64,000 nucleotides of DNA from Balanoglossus misakiensis (GCA_040954595.2 CM082587.2:1387500-1451499), one strand, 5' to 3'. Shown: positions 1 to 15,281, counted from the first letter of the stretch. Notes: generated by a model from the letters alone, not told the origin. Translations and numbers: made by a program.

Positions 1-821
1 TGTTGTGGCCAATGCAGAAATGCACAAGACAGGGAGGTTGGCAGGTTCTTGATTTGATTGCGGGAGACTTGAATCATCAAGGCGGAAGAAAGTTTCCGTA
101 CCACCAGGGGAAAACGAACCTCTGTTGAAAAACACAGACTGGGCATATCCATTATGTTTTATCATGCAGACTTAACCATGTCTGACAGTGTTGAAGACTA
201 GGATGAGATCCTGGCAAAACCCTTTAACCAATCCCAGATAAATGTATTTAGGAATTGTACTTGACAGATTTGGGTTCCTTGAACACTCCCTGTAGTTCTG
301 CTGTGTAGATGGATATTTTAAATCTGATTCTATGAGTGTATAGCTGTTTTACTTTTATACATCTATGAATATTTTATGTGTTGTGGTCTGAACACAAATT
401 TACTTGATCTGAATTCAACAAATAAAGACATACAATTTACAGGTCTCTGATAGCATTGCTTTAAATGCCATAATATATTTATTTTGACTGTATTTTTTTG
501 TGGTGGTTATTTCATTCATCATTCCACCCACACAGCAGTCACAGAGATGTGCAAGATATTGTCTTGTCAACCACAATCTTAATCTTCATATAAAAAAAGG
601 CCTGGGCTGTAATTTAATCTGTGTGGCGCCGATAATGTATTAAGGTTGTCTGTGTGTTGAATGGCTGTTTTTGTCCTGCTGGATGTAGACTAAGGCAACT
701 TATGGATGGATTAGGTTCTCTCAGTCAGTCTTTTTATGTGTCCATCTGAAGCCATATTACTTAGCCAGTTAAAATTTATATTATAGTACATGTAAATACT
801 TTTTGTCTTGTTTCTTTTCAG

Positions 822-3800
822 GAAATGTTGGAGGTAGACATTGAAGATATATATAAGCCTGGCTCAGTGCTAGACATGCCTAAAAGACCTCCTTGGAATT
901 ACAGTGGGAGCAAAGACCAACTGGAACAGAGGGAACATGCCTACTTCCTTGATTATTTAGAGAATATTTACGACAAGTACTCTCCAAAAGAACTCAGCTA
1001 TTTTGAACACAATCTGGAAGTAAGGAAATATGGCATTATGTTAGTTGGTTGGTTATGTGTGTATTTTCGCTTGGGTGCACTAGAGTGTCATCTGATTCTA
1101 GCATGGAAGGGATCATTGAACCAAAAAGGGAATTATGGGCTGAATGACGTTGCCTTAGAAAGTCATACTGTTTGGCATGTAAGAGTGGAGTTTGATATTA
1201 TCAGTCATCTTGGGTGTTTTCTGCTACATATGTCAAGGTTTTTTAGCGGAGGTAGAGGGAGCGAGGGGTAAGGGGTGCCCCAGATCTTGCATTAACAGAT
1301 TTGACTCTGTTTTGTTTCTGCATTTTGTGCAATAATATTTGTCTGTTGCGTTGATATCTTGATGCTTTGACTTCCAAGATTGATGAGGGAGCATTAAGCT
1401 CCTTTTAAATTATCACACCTTTCTCATGCATACAAGACTGATCTTCAGAACTAACACAAGCTGGAGTCTATCAGCGAGGTTAGTCTGATGTTTCACAAAT
1501 GTCAAACAGTGCCTTGGGACTATCAATAGTCTTAGCGCATTCATTTTAAAAACGGAGACTGTGGGTCTGATGTTTCCCTGCTAATTGCTATGACGAATCC
1601 CTTTCACTGTCTTTCCTTGTAAATCCGTCAATTTCTATGACATTTAGAGAAGCCCTCTATTCCGTGATCCCAGACAGGCAACACAATGGATGACAGACAC
1701 GTACATGGACCTATTAACCCTGCTACTTTCCCAAGCCTTCCTTTCACCGCAAACAGTAACAATCAGTGAAATTGCTTTTTTGATCTGGGTTGATTCTTAA
1801 AAACAGAAGTCATTACTCCTTGTGTCCTTCCAGTCTTCTGTTTTTTTTCCCAATTCCCCAAAATGCTTTAATTCATACTGTCATGCCAGAGTATCTGTGC
1901 ATTACGTGATAACAGAAAAGCATTCTTACATTGAACTTTTGAAGTAGTGCTGTAATAGACATATTCCAAGCCATCTTAGCTTTTTGTTCAACTCTCCCTT
2001 CCTAAAGGTTAATGTGCAGAAACTGCTTTCATTATCTGCAGTAAGCTTTGTGTGAGTGTGTTCTCTGCCATGCCATGTAATTACATCCACATTAAAAACA
2101 CAAGATTGCAAATGCAAATGTTAATCACACAGGACTCTCCCATGGGGAAATAAACGTGTAGTGTGATCAGTGATTTCTGAAAGAGTAATTAACCCGTTTA
2201 ATTTGTGGCTGTGTATGAATAATTTACAAGTTCTCTCGGCGTCTTTTCAAAACTGCTACATCTAGTAGTTGGACTGATTCTAGTCACCTTTCTTCTTTTA
2301 ACTCACAGACATGGCGTCAACTTTGGCGAGTCCTTGAGATGTCAGACATCGTGTTGTTGATCACAGACATCAGACACCCAATTCTGCACTTCTCACCAGC
2401 TCTGTACAGCTATGTCATCAACGATCTCAAGAAGCACCTCATTCTTGTTCTCAACAAGATCGACTTGGCGCCATCATCGGTGGTTGTTGCCTGGAAGCAG
2501 TATTTGCAGAGAAAGTATCCAGAACTCAAGATCATCTGTTTTACAGCGTTCCCTAAGGAGAGGATTCTTGACAAAGCTGATCCCAACAGAAGTAGGTGAT
2601 TCTACATGCTGATACCTGCCATGTTCATCTGACCATTCCAAAATTGAACTTAAAGAAATCAATCTGTAGAAAAAAGATATGACTATGTAATAAATTACGT
2701 CCATACCCTCCATATTTGGTGTGAAAGGTTTGAAAGGTATACTGATTTTTGCCATGACATACATGTACTCTGTTATTTTACATCTCTTGGTCTTTCTCCA
2801 TAGAATTACAGAAGAAGAGGAGAAGGGGCCATTTTACTGCAGTTGGTCCCATACAGTTACTGGTAGCAAGTGAAGATATATGCAAAGACAGAGGTGAGTG
2901 TCAGCATTCTTAACCCTTTCTCTACCATGGTCTGTTCCAAATCCATTGTTTTCTACAGAAAATATGAAGTTTTGAGACAACATACTTGGTACATAAAATG
3001 ATGTGATAGTCATACTTTCACTGTCCTCATTAACATCCTATGTCTTTCATGAATAATTTCAGTTAATTTGAGCAGCTGGAGAGAAAAAATTGAAGCTGAC
3101 ATACAGGGTGAAGATAGAGTCGATGATCACCATGTAACAGTTAGTCCTGGTGATGATGATGTGCCCGACGCCTCTTATCAGGAACATGTGCAATTTAAAG
3201 ATGGAATATTAACCATTGGATGTGTTGGTAAGACAGATTGGGTACACGTAGCTGTTTTGTGCAGACAGAATTATGTGATATCATTTCACAAGAATGTCTC
3301 TGCATTTATCTGTTGTGAGAAATAATTTTCATACTTTCTTTTTGTTGCTTGGATAAACTGTGTCATGACTGTCAACCCTTTCTCCACCATGGTTCAGTCA
3401 AACCCATTGTTTTCTATAGTAAGGTTGGACCTCTTATAGGGGAACTGGGGTGAAAAGGTTAGGTCTGAGGTGTTAGTTTGTTTGAGACATTCTAACAGAC
3501 AGAACCGCTGTGAAATGTTTTGATTTGGTTTTACTTGTAGGACACCCAAATGTTGGCAAGTCCTCGCTCATGAATGGACTGGTCGGCAAGAAGGTGGTCA
3601 GCGCATCCAGGACGCCAGGCCACACCAAACATTTCCAGACCATCTTTCTTACGCCTACGGTCAAGCTTTGTGATTCCCCAGGTCTTGTTTTCCCATGTAT
3701 AGTGCCAAGACAATTGCAGGTATGGAAAGTGATTATAGCATAGGAAGTTTTAATAAATACCGGATTCGATCTACAATTTTTTTCAATTAAAACATTACTT

Positions 3801-4902
3801 GCTGAAGAATCTCTGTACATATACTTGTCTTTTTCTGTGACCATTAACATCATACCGCAACCCCTTCAAGTTTCTAATCACTGAGTCCCCATTTGTGTCT
3901 TTTTTGCCCTGCAGATTCTTTCCGGCATCTACCCAGTCGCCCAAGTGCAAGAACCATACACAGCAGTGGGCTACCTAGCACAGAGAATACCTCTTTCTAG
4001 TATACTCAAGTTAAAACATCCTAGTGATGACACAGCAGAAAGGGGAGCATGTGCCCCACAGTGGTCTGCCTGGGATATATGTGAAGGTGAGTGGAGATAG
4101 TCATACTTATTAAATACACCATTACATGTATGGATCAATGTGAGTTCATCATTCAGTTGGCAATTTTAATATTGTGATTTTGTCATAATGTATGACAAAG
4201 CCTTGTATGAAAAGCCTGTTATGAACAACGCCCTCAACCAATGAGCAAAATTCTCTTGTTTTTTGTCAAGCATTTTGTAGAGATTATTTCATAGACAATA
4301 TTTGCTCATTAGCTGTCTCTGTCTCTCTCATAGCATGGGCAGAGAAGAGGGGATTCTTGACTGCAAAAGCTGGCAGAAATGATGTTTATAGGGCAGCAAA
4401 TAATATATTACGACTGGCAGTGGAAGGGAGGTTAATTATGTGCATGAAACCTCCTGGCTATACGAATGAAAAAGGTTAGTATCAATGATTTCTGTTTGAG
4501 TTTAATTGAACAGCAGAAGTTTATAAATGCAGTCAAACCTGTGTTAGTGACCACCTCGATATAACGGCTAATGTCTACATAGTGACCACTGTGTTACAGT
4601 CCCTGACATAAATTTGTATTATGTGTTTCATATTTGTTTTCTTGTTCATTGTCTTATTCTCAGCTAACTGGGAAAGTCATGCAGAAACCCAACATATTGC
4701 AGCTCTTCAGGAACAGCATCGGAAACTGCAACAAGAGGATGAACAGCAGTCAGACTTGTCCCGAGATTTCACCAGCTCGGCCTCTGAGGGCGACAGTGAT
4801 GCTGATGTGGAGAGTGAGGTGGACAGTGATAGGAGGTCGTTAGGAGCTGATCGTTTCCTGTCAGCTAATCCGTTTGCTTCGTTGACGAAAGCATCACCAT
4901 AG
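822..4902 (+). CDS. GNL1: Guanine nucleotide-binding protein-like 1 (circularly permuted YlqF/YawG-family GTPase); 5' exons lie upstream of the window
   Basis: Phase-consistent GT-AG exons 822-1019, 2309-2591, 2804-2893, 3063-3227, 3541-3719, 3915-4086, 4334-4474, 4664-4902. Motifs PKRPPW, SYFEHNLE|TWRQLWRVLE, G4 NKID placed before G1 GHPNVGKS, G2 TPGHT, G3 DSPG, then RAANNILRLA and an acidic C-tail. Confidence 0.95.
2910..2965. repeat. Partial copy of a short interspersed repeat (piggyBac-like MITE end, ttaa-ccc)
   Basis: ttaaccctttctctaccatgg...ccattgttttcta closely matches the copy at 3374-3461. Confidence 0.45.
3374..3461. mobile_element. About 90-bp degenerate MITE-like element in a GNL1 intron
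   Basis: Ends aaccctttc...gaaaaggtt are imperfect inverted repeats; a second partial copy lies at 2910. Confidence 0.45.
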
Positions 4903-7900
4903 TAGGCCCTGCTTGGTGGTTGGATGAAGTCTATTGGTAGCTAGTTCTGTGAAGATTGGGTTTTAATTAGCCATAGAGTGAAAGAGATCACTGTAATCTC
5001 ACTGTAAGGTTGAACTGAAATTTCAAGAAAGCCCATGTTTATGCAATTAAGGTTTTATGATCAGTAAAATCAAAGGTAGTGTAACTCATGGGTTTTCTAA
5101 CAATTCTCAGTTTAATCCTATGAGTGTATACATCCTTGACTAGTGGAAGAATGCTTTCACTGCTCATCCATTGTGATTGTCTGATAAACAAGCAGATAAC
5201 ACACGGTGCCAAGTCTGTCAGAAGATAATCAATGCAATTATGTGTATGTGGTAGTTGGGATTCTAGAAGACAAAACTGTTCTGTTCCATGCAAAGCTGCT
5301 GTTGCTTTTGCGAGGCAAGCAAATGGAGGCAGTATAACTTAGCTTTTTTGCAGGTTGCGGTGATTTTCCCTGAAAATTTTGCTGATTATCTACGCGCCAT
5401 AAATTAAAAACACATGCATCAGTACAAAGGAGATCACCAAGATGTATGATGATTATGGCGAGCAATAATGTAATGGCTAACTTTGTCTCTGTCATCACAA
5501 CATGGAAATGGCTTTACTGTGAATAGCAAGTGTCCGGTAGAGACGGGTAAAACATAGAAAAAGGCTGGCAGTGCGCTAGTGCTTTTTTAGCATGCTTTTG
5601 TTATAATCATAGTGCATCTTAAGCTCAACACAATGCTGACACAAGGAGGCGTTGGACGTGAAATGTGTAGGCTAGATTTGTACTGTAGGCGCGGCATAGT
5701 ATAAAAATAGTGGTAAGAAATTCCTGGAGAGCTAGAGAAGAAGTCAAGATTAGATGTAAGTGAAGATCACTTGTCTTTTTAAAGTATTGGTTAAAGACTA
5801 TGCAAAATTTCAGGTTCCACGTATGTACATGAATTTGCAGAGAAACCCAACCCACAAACTTGACATGCCCCAGTCGATCATTTCAGTGACTTATAACAAT
5901 GAATATGTGCACAGATTTGTGGCCCCAAGTTAGTTAGTGTGTCAGTAAGGTGAAGTGTTTCTTTGTCTGATTCCAGAAATGAAATTGTTCACAGTTGTCA
6001 TAGTAAAGAAGACTGTCTGATTTTCAAAGTTTTCTAAGTCGAAGTTTTATTTTTCAGGGAAAAGTAGGAAGTGTAGAAGTAGATTATAGCAAGCATGGCT
6101 GGCAGATGAACAAGCAATGATATGCTTGCAGTGCAGAAAAAAAGCAAACAGACAGAAGACAATATCAGGTCTAATGCAGAAATACTGATGGCTACGGTTT
6201 TAGTTTGAAGATGATGGCTATAAAATGGGTCCACTACCTTCATGCAACTTATGTCAGAATTGTTGTAGACGTGAAAGATGTCTTGACCTGAAGTTTCTGG
6301 AAACAATAACGTAACACAGCAGAGAAATACAAGAACTGGAAACATTGGTGTTCGTTAAGGGCTCGTTTCAGATGGTGTATGCTCAGCGAAACGAGAGATA
6401 TCAGCACAGTCCCTCTAGAGGGAGTGTGATACAAGTTACCATTGCTGTTGTGCATGTTGATTGTCCAAGACACAGAAGTCTTTAATAGTGTTCAGGAAAA
6501 AATAACTTCCTATGTTCGATATTAAAAACACAGAGTATATCAGTGATCTTGGATTTAAACGATCTGTCTTTCTGGCAGACAAGCAAATGATGAGTAATGG
6601 GGTAATTTGATCATAGGGTGATGGTACACATTGTTATCTCTGATCATATCATACAGAAAAATGAACACATTAATCTTTAACATCCAGATGGAGCGATTAA
6701 CGTTAACCCATGGATGCACAGTTCGATCATTGTTTAACTTGAAGGTTACTCCATGGGAGTAGAACTGTTTCAAGATGGGCTTACTTAGTTGTGGCTGTCT
6801 TGATGTTAAACAACAAAACCTGTATGTAACAGTATAGGATCAGTGACATATGTTATTTTTACATGTGGTAATCTCAGTGTACAGTGACTTTACATGTATA
6901 TTGTCTGTATACGTTCACTGAAACCACATATATGATATAGGTCAGGCATACCCTGGACTTCATTCCTAGATCCTGGATGTGCACAGTCAACAATGTCACA
7001 CTTACCATACGAGCTCGTTAATTGGTGCAGCAAGCACTATTCAGCAATTCCATATGTGTGTCCCTTTTAACCAAAATTAAAGAGTATTTGGCTAACAATG
7101 TTTCTCATAACTGGAGTTACAATCGATACCTTCTATCAGAATTAATTGCCATTTTTATCGTTAGATAGGCTGTGAACTCACTTTCAACAAAACTTAGCAG
7201 TAACATGTACAGTTGCCATAGAAACACTAGAGTCATTGTATACTCCAGACTGCCTACAAGGACACTCGAAACATACTGGGTGTTTATCAGCGATACCTTT
7301 TTCATCAGATAGCGAAAAGTAATCTTAATTGAAAAGTTTACCCAGAAATGGCACAAAGAATCTTTCCGAACCACTATGTAATGACGTTAGTGGACAGGTT
7401 CAACTAAACCGATACAATAATTTGAGGTGTATGATATTGTAGATTGTTTTTTGAGATAACCGGTTGCCTTGCGATCAATTTGTGAAGTTATTAGATTCGG
7501 GACCACGCAAAAGATAACACGTTATGAATGGCTTTGTAAAAAGCGCCGGAATGAAGATGTCAGTCGAATGAGAAAACTGTTAAAGGGGTTTTAAATCGAT
7601 CTTGTTTTCATAATATGGAGAAACCTGTTCTTGGGTTTACTTTGTGTCGTCGGCTCGCTGAACGTTACAAAATAGCGGTAGGTAAAAGCATTGAGGGATA
7701 TGACACTCAGTCCTCCCCCCCCCCCGCGCAATAAAAATGAAAGCTCCCTAACACAAACACAGAAGGATGTAAAAGCCTGAAGTCTACAGAATATCTCGCT
7801 GTTCAGACAGGGTCGTATGTGAAACCTGCCCGGGTTAAACTGATACTGGGAAATATCAAATATGTATTTTGATAGGAAAACAAGTTTTAGCTGGAGAATA

Positions 7901-10900
7901 ATAAAACAGTCGGGATAAATAAAAATACTTTGTACGTCGTTCTTATAAAAACCTTAGAGGCTTCCCCGTCCACTCTTCGTATTAAATCGACGAAATCCCT
8001 TAGTGGGCTGAGATTCTTCTCCATAAATCACCGCGCCGCATAAAAACTGTAGAGATATTTCGAAGGTGGAGTGTGCAATTTCCACGCAGCGAACAGACAC
8101 GGTTTTCACGGGCGCGTTTTCACCGAAGCACCACTGGAATGGCGCTGCTCTGCTCTGCGTTGCCGATGCAACCGTGTAGTAATGGTGAAGTGAGCTTTAA
8201 GATAGCGGGAAAAGTCAAACCTGGCACGGACGAACTGAATTTAATGAACCTATAAGAGCCACGGCACATTCGCCCAATCCTGTTTCGTCAGTGAAAGTTT
8301 TTCCCCCTTTAAATTTTCTGAATGATTGGAACACTTAGCCTTTAAGTACAGGTTTCATGAAACAGGTACGATAAAAACTGACAAAATCATGCATGGTTCG
8401 ATCCGATGTGTTACTTGATAAACCTTTTCATGTGTGTAAGCCTGCGGCGTTGTTAGAAAGATGTTCTCTGACGGGAGAGTTGACGTGTCGTTTCGTCAGG
8501 TGTACTGAGAACTCGCTCGTTCACCACTCGGGGCAGTAAATGCATTCAAAACATGTCCGTTGTAAATCGAATTTGAAACATTGAAATACATTGAAAATAT
8601 TGCCACTATTCAACCAAGAAGTTCAAAGCCCGCCACTTGTCAGTTTTTGAAGTTATTACTAATTTGCGGGAATGTCAATCAGGTCTTTTAGTCCAATGGT
8701 TCAAAATTTAGTCTAAGACATTCCCCAGATGTTCACTGTACTTGTGACTGCAAAGAAGTCACATACGCGCAAAAATACGCAATCAATAATTTGTCAAAAG
8801 ATTTTCAATCAGCATCATGGAATTTATCACACTGTCTTCGGAACTGTCAATGTTGTTTTGTCATGCGTTGCTTCAGTGCTAATTGAATCCCCATTTGGAC
8901 TACAATTTGGTGTAATTAAAGTTATACAAAAATGCTCACCAAAGAATATTTTCAGAATTTCAAACTAATATACCCCTGTCTGTGAAATAATCAATATTCA
9001 CTAAACAGTCATGTACTCGGGGTTGAATTATCAAAGATTGGTTGTCACGATATTAATGTTGCATATTGTTTGCGAATATGCGTCGGTTGTATACATATTT
9101 TTGATTTAATATACAATGTGCGACTTTTTATCATAGCTTTACTGGCGTTTGACTGCCAATTATTGACTATTTGAATGACAAATAGAATCTGTGTTTAACA
9201 TGGCAACGTGTACATGTGTCGTCACCTGCTTTGATAATTAAGTAACATGGACTGGTAGTGGCACGTTCACTCAGAGACTCTCCCTCTTTCTCGTATCCTC
9301 AAAAATGTCGTGCTCTTTTATTGTTCATCGTTCAAACTGTAACTATCCACCTGAAAGTGCGATTTTGAACATCGTATAACCATAAATCATTTTCTAATTT
9401 TAACAACCGTCAATCTTTATTGATGAATTGTCAACAAAGACTGCGTGATCTCGGTATTTCAACGTTTGCCTCCCGGCATCTGCGCACGCACGCGGCATAA
9501 CCCGAACGTCGCTCGTCTTACTCTCGTTAATACAACGTAAAATCCAAATTTCATGACAATGTGCAGTTTACCACTAATATTACAGTTGTTTCATCACGCA
9601 CACCTCAAAGGCCAGACTGTTGACAGTATACGTGCAAATTGTAAGTTTCGAGTTGTTTCCCCGCATAATTTTACAGAATGATGAAAATTGTCAGTTTTAC
9701 CCAACGTCAACAGGATTTTTTTTATTTAGAATATGCCAAATAGTCTCTTACATGTTCGCTAATTAAACTCCTGAAAGTACACGTAAAGGAGGAAAATCCG
9801 TCGAGTTCGTCTTGAGCACCTTCTAGCTACTAAAACATTGAGTACGGAAATGGCGGTCAAAAATTCTACGAAAAATACAGCAATCTAGTGCTGAATGTAG
9901 AGGTGATATCGTTTGCATTTTTTCTTCACTTGGTCACGTCACCACAATCCACCAGGGATTTCGATGTCTCGACGACAGTGTCCCTACTATATCACTGAAC
10001 AACTTCTGAGTTTTTTCAAAACACCAAAAATAACATTTAACGGGAAAAAACAAATTGAGAACATCTTCTAACGGGGGAAAAAATCAAAATGTATATACTT
10101 TTGACATCTCGTTTTATGGAAACGGATTTTGATATTGTTATTATCTTCAGAGACTAATATCAAATAGAGTTGTTTTTGTTTTTAAGAGCTACATATAATT
10201 AATATTTACAATATCACATGTGTCCATAAACATTTGTGTCATTAATAGTTGCAAAACATAGCCTTTGCTTTACTATCTTATTTATAAACGCGAGTGTGAA
10301 AGCTTTCTAGTTTAACTAACTTTTCGTTTCCTATATGTTAAAGATATATGAACGTCCCTGTAGAATGTTTCATGAAAGTGTTCCGATGCTTGCTGACGTC
10401 ATCGCGTTGCGCTGAAGTGCGTTTCCGTTTCAGTTGTGTTACTGTTCACGGATTTTTTCGGTGACGTTTACTTTCAGCGGAAACATTGCTTTCTTTCAAG
10501 ATGATCGCCCGATAAGCAGTCTTAAAGATGCACTCACGTTGATCAAAACTGTTCAGGAATTCGATTCGCTTCTGCAGCAAAACTCAATGACACTTGAATG
10601 TAACAGGCGTTGTAAGCAATTGCACCCCCCCCCCCTTTCGTGGCAATGAGACGTTTGGATCGATAACGAGGTGCAGTTGAAAACGACAGCATCTAGACTA
10701 TCGCGGCACAAATCCTTGAAGTGATAGATAATTTGTTTCCTTGAAGTTCGTACACTTTTAAATGCTTCGCCCGGGAAATTTGAGGCAGAAATTGATTGAG
10801 AATTTCTTACCGATCAGAGAGCGATTACTCATTTTGAACATGATTTACGAGTAATCTTAGGAAATAATGGCCCATATATATTTTTTCTTTCTCGTGGTCG

Positions 10901-13900
10901 CTTTTCAAATACAGTTTCGCGTGCCATAAACTGATAAATATTGGCGCTACATAAACGATCATAATCATCTCAAATGATATTGAGTTTGTTTCTGATACTC
11001 AAAATTTAACAACCTTTAAGAAAAAGAATTCTACAATAATAAATCATCTGCATAAAACAGATAATAAAATGCCTACTTACTGACTGTTTTGCCGAAATCG
11101 TTTAAGTGAACCGGATGTGAGTTTCCGAGAATACGATCTGTCAGTCATTTTTTTTTTTACAAAAGTACGTTGATTAGACCTATTGTGGATTCCAACACAA
11201 TAAACTCGAGTTTTGGATACTCATCATAACAGCAAACAACCCATAATTGTCGGTTTAATGCTTCGCGGCAAAAGCGAGTTCTAGTATTAGAGGCAGCAAA
11301 GCCCTTGTGTGACTATTCCACCCGGATTGGCTTGGCCTGTCGTGACGTCATGATTACCACCAACCACGCATTTATACGCGGGCGACTTCGTACCTATGTG
11401 GGCGAGCCCGTGAAACTTACTTTATATAACTTACAAAAAATCATAATCAAAATTTAAAGAATGTAATAAACACTTAGAATCCCCTCCAAAGCAAGTTCTT
11501 TTACAATCATGTAACGTCTTTTTATAGGGATAGTACATGCCACGAGGACAGATTTTAAGAGAAAATGGCATAAACTTCCTTACCTTACATGAAACAACAC
11601 AGCCAACAAAATAGGCCTGTCTCCGTAAACTTTGTCAGAGTAAAGGGACGCTGTAGCTACGCATGCGCGCACAACTCTTATAGCGAGCACAGCAATCGTT
11701 GTCTTGTCTGATTCAACAACCATAATTATCACAAACTCATCTAAATATATCACAATTTTCATGAATTTGTGATTGCTTAAGAAAAAATAAGGTCCAAATT
11801 GACCCATTAAAGGTTAAAGCCCTCGATACACCCTCGTTTTCTGGAATTGGGGGGTAAATACGAACCATTATTTCAATTTTCAATAATTGTAAACATTTAT
11901 CGGTGGTTGTGAATGAGCCGGAACGCTATCAAAGGAAAATCGAGACGTATTTGAGCTGGTCCTAAGAGCCTTAAATTATCAGCTTAATAAATCACTTGGC
12001 CCATTTTGCCATATACGGCTGTGATAAAAATCCATATTCAACACGCAAGGGGACTCGGATTTGGATAACTATATATATATGCTCACTCGGTTAGCTTATC
12101 TCACATCTGCCGCAAGCACTTTGGAGTGGATTTTCATCGAAAACCCTTGTGAGTTTTATCCAGTCGTCGTATTCCGGTAAGTCATCATTCTCACCGTGAC
12201 CGTTTCACAGCATGTGTGTACATGTACATGTGTGTTCTTCCTTTCGAAAAGGAATTGCTCTTTTCTGTAATATAGTCAGATGCGATCAAAGTTTAATGTA
12301 AATAAGATTAACGCAGGGCAACCAGTGCATGCTATATTATATTATTTAACTATTTTGCCTGAAGGCACTCGTACCAGAGTTTACCCCGTGAACCAGGTTC
12401 TGCAGAGCAAATGTATACCGTCGGGCGCCATACACCTGTTAGTGCGCATGCTTTTTGCAGTAATATTTCTTTAAAACCAGACTTTACCAGAAACCGAATA
12501 CCGAAAACAAGGTACAATTTATTCAAAACGTAAGCTTGCATTTTAAGTGCCACCGATCTCCAAGAGCCTGATTCTTTGACTCGAGTTGGTCAACGTCATT
12601 TGCGTAAAAAATATTTTTTTTATTGTGGTATTGTCACGCTGATGATAAGACGGGATGATGTGTCCACCGTGATGAACAGAACACCACCGTCACTCGCAGT
12701 TATACAGAATGTGTGTACCTCGCGATGATTAATTAAATGAAGCCCTTTGGGAAAGACCGTCAAATTGATAGCGCATTTGGAGATTACAGTTTTTTGTCGA
12801 CCACGCCTGGTGTACAAAATGAGATCTTTTGATAGCCAGAATAACTATCACGTGACGAAATAGAGTTGCTTTGTACTATCTTCAATTTCGCAGATGTTGC
12901 ACTTTTTGACGATAAGCACCAATTACAGGAGTTGTTTTGAAACGAGCTTTGCGAAAAGCAACCGCAGTCTTGCAAGGTTGATCATGATTGGTTTATTTCT
13001 GTGTGCACGTGTCTTTGTTTGACCAATCAGCGAATTCGTGCAACATGTGCGTCAAAGTTATAAACTCCAGATTCTTTCAAAGTTGACGAGGCCGTGGATT
13101 AGACATTTCATTTCTTCATAAGTAAATAAAAATTCACGCGGCCATGCAGATTGGTTATAACTTGTTTTGCGAGTGAAATTCTACTTTGATCACAGGTCTG
13201 CAAAGCACGACCCTCGCGACGATTTCATTTTAAAAGGTCGTCGCTTCCTGTGTGAGCTTAGCTGACATCTCTAATTGCAATGTGCACGTGTGCGTTTTCA
13301 CGCTGTATCTAGAAATACGATGTGACAAAAACGTGGTTAAGGTAAAGGGGTATTACTTGGTCCACTTGAAAGAATAAGAAGCATTTAGGTGAAGTAACTG
13401 AAAACGATAATTTCTCTTAGAGTGGTTGTAACGAGTCAGTCAGGGTAAAATATAGATTGGAAGCTGGCGTGAACAAAGAGTGGAGCTGGATGTGGGGTAA
13501 GCGTTTATCTCATTCAGCTGGAGTGACACGCGCATATCTGTCAGAATTAATCTGTGTTAATTCACAATTTCCGCTCTAGGACACTTCGGGAAGACGTGGG
13601 TTGGCAATAAAATGAACTGTAGCTCAGAGTAAGATCGCCTTATTACACAGCGAGTTCTGCACGCAGTAGGGTTGTAACAGCGCGTTTTAAACGGGATTTT
13701 GAAGGAATCTTCACTGCTTTTTTTGTTCGAGTTCTTATGTTAAAGCAACCACAAATGTAAAAGTTGTGTCGTTAAGTTATCTGTCCTCGCCAAGGGATTT
13801 GAAGCTTTTAAACTTGTTTGTGGGTTTAACGCAACGTCGTAAACCAGATCATGTGATATCAGGGGAATACGGAAAGCGGTTGAACAAGAGACGAGACTCG

Positions 13901-14317
13901 CGATAATATTCCAAACGCCATCGTTTTAAATGTGTTTCTAGAATAAAACCAAGACAAAAATAGGAAAATTGTTCTTGCATTTATCCAAAGACTTCCAAAG
14001 ATGAATCGTACCCTTTATGGACTATAGCTGTCTTATTCAATGGCGCTCTGTGTAAAATATTGTGTAAAATATTGTCGAAGTCATTTCGGCGTTATTTTTA
14101 CCCTATTCTACCCGAGGCGTGCAGTTTTCTCGGCCTTCAAACGAATAGCGTCGATTCTGTTTCAAATTTGAAAATTGTATAATCGAAATTAATGTATACA
14201 ATACCTACAGTGTAACCCGATTTATCCCGGAGCATCCCCCCCCCCCCTCATGATAACAGAGAGCTCCCTAATGTGTTTTTGACGAGCCGAGGTATGCCGG
14301 GCGACTATCATCCCAAA

Positions 14318-14331
14318 GTTGCCATAGCAAC
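14318..14331. promoter_or_regulatory. RFX X-box consensus
   Basis: GTTGCCATAGCAAC matches the palindromic X-box; about 850 bp upstream of the TATA box at 15165. Confidence 0.4.
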
Positions 14332-15164
14332 ATAGACATGGATGAGCAAAGGCGATTATCGAACGGACTTAAACTCGTCGGGACAATATCCCAAACAATA
14401 AACATTAAGCAAGCAGACACAATTCTTATCTCCGCTGTTGTTGGTCACTAATAGCACAGACAATATAAGACCGAACGGCCACCAAGTATATGAGCCATGG
14501 AATTTCCCTCCCAGCTCATCAGATTTAATGTTTTGTATAAAAATTCACCTATTCATTGTCTCATTTCCTCACACGAATTTTTTAAAGACAGATTGCGGTA
14601 AATTTTGGAAGAAAGTCGGTAATTACTTTTCCCTCTTCTGAACCGACCTGCGATGTCAATGGCAATGAAAGTGGTGTCGTCATAGCAAAGAAGCCTCGGT
14701 TTGGCATGTCTTTGAAATCTGCTTTTCTCGACAACTAGTACTAGTATATATCTCGTCTCCAAAATAATCAACCGAAGCGGTGAAAGGTTTTATAATTTTG
14801 TCCATATTACCATCCGCAGATAGATAGGAACAAAACATAAAACAAGTTATCAGAGAAATAAAAATAGATGCGTTTATCCTACTTACACCATCTTCGAAAA
14901 TATCGTGTCATTTCTTACGTTGAATGAGCGCGTATTAAATGTAGTCCATTTAGTCTGCACTGTTTAAGCACTGAACGGCTTAAAAACAAAACATCTTAAT
15001 AATAATATAATTCCTGTAAAATTTGCGTAATCGTTGAAAATTAGAATGGGCTGCTCTTTCTTCAATAATGAATCAAATTCCACTCTTACTCATAAAAAAT
15101 GGGATAAAAAATCCTTTGTGTGAAATGCATTGATTCTAGAGATAGTAGCGTTGAATGGGTTGTG

Positions 15165-15281
15165 TATAAAAGGCAGTTGCATCGCGAAGCAGCCAGCACT
15201 AACACAGCGAAGATCAAAGTCTTTGAGTTGGATTCACTTGATTTCATCGCTTACGGTTCTTTCGCATTTCGGCCTCCTTCG
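15165..15281 (+). promoter_or_regulatory. TATA box and putative non-coding first exon of the peptide-precursor gene
   Basis: TATAAAAG at 15165-15172; consensus donor G|GTAAGT after 15281; matching acceptor ttttctttgcag at 16772, 28 nt before the ATG at 16801. Confidence 0.6.

Noticed and set aside
4530-4600. CAGTCAAACCT-type Tc1/mariner MITE end
   Set aside because: Only one terminus visible; cannot delimit an element.
7400-14300. Short ORFs and possible degenerate transposon ends in the intergenic region
   Set aside because: No recognisable domains, no consistent exon chain, and no paired TIR/TSD that I could confirm.
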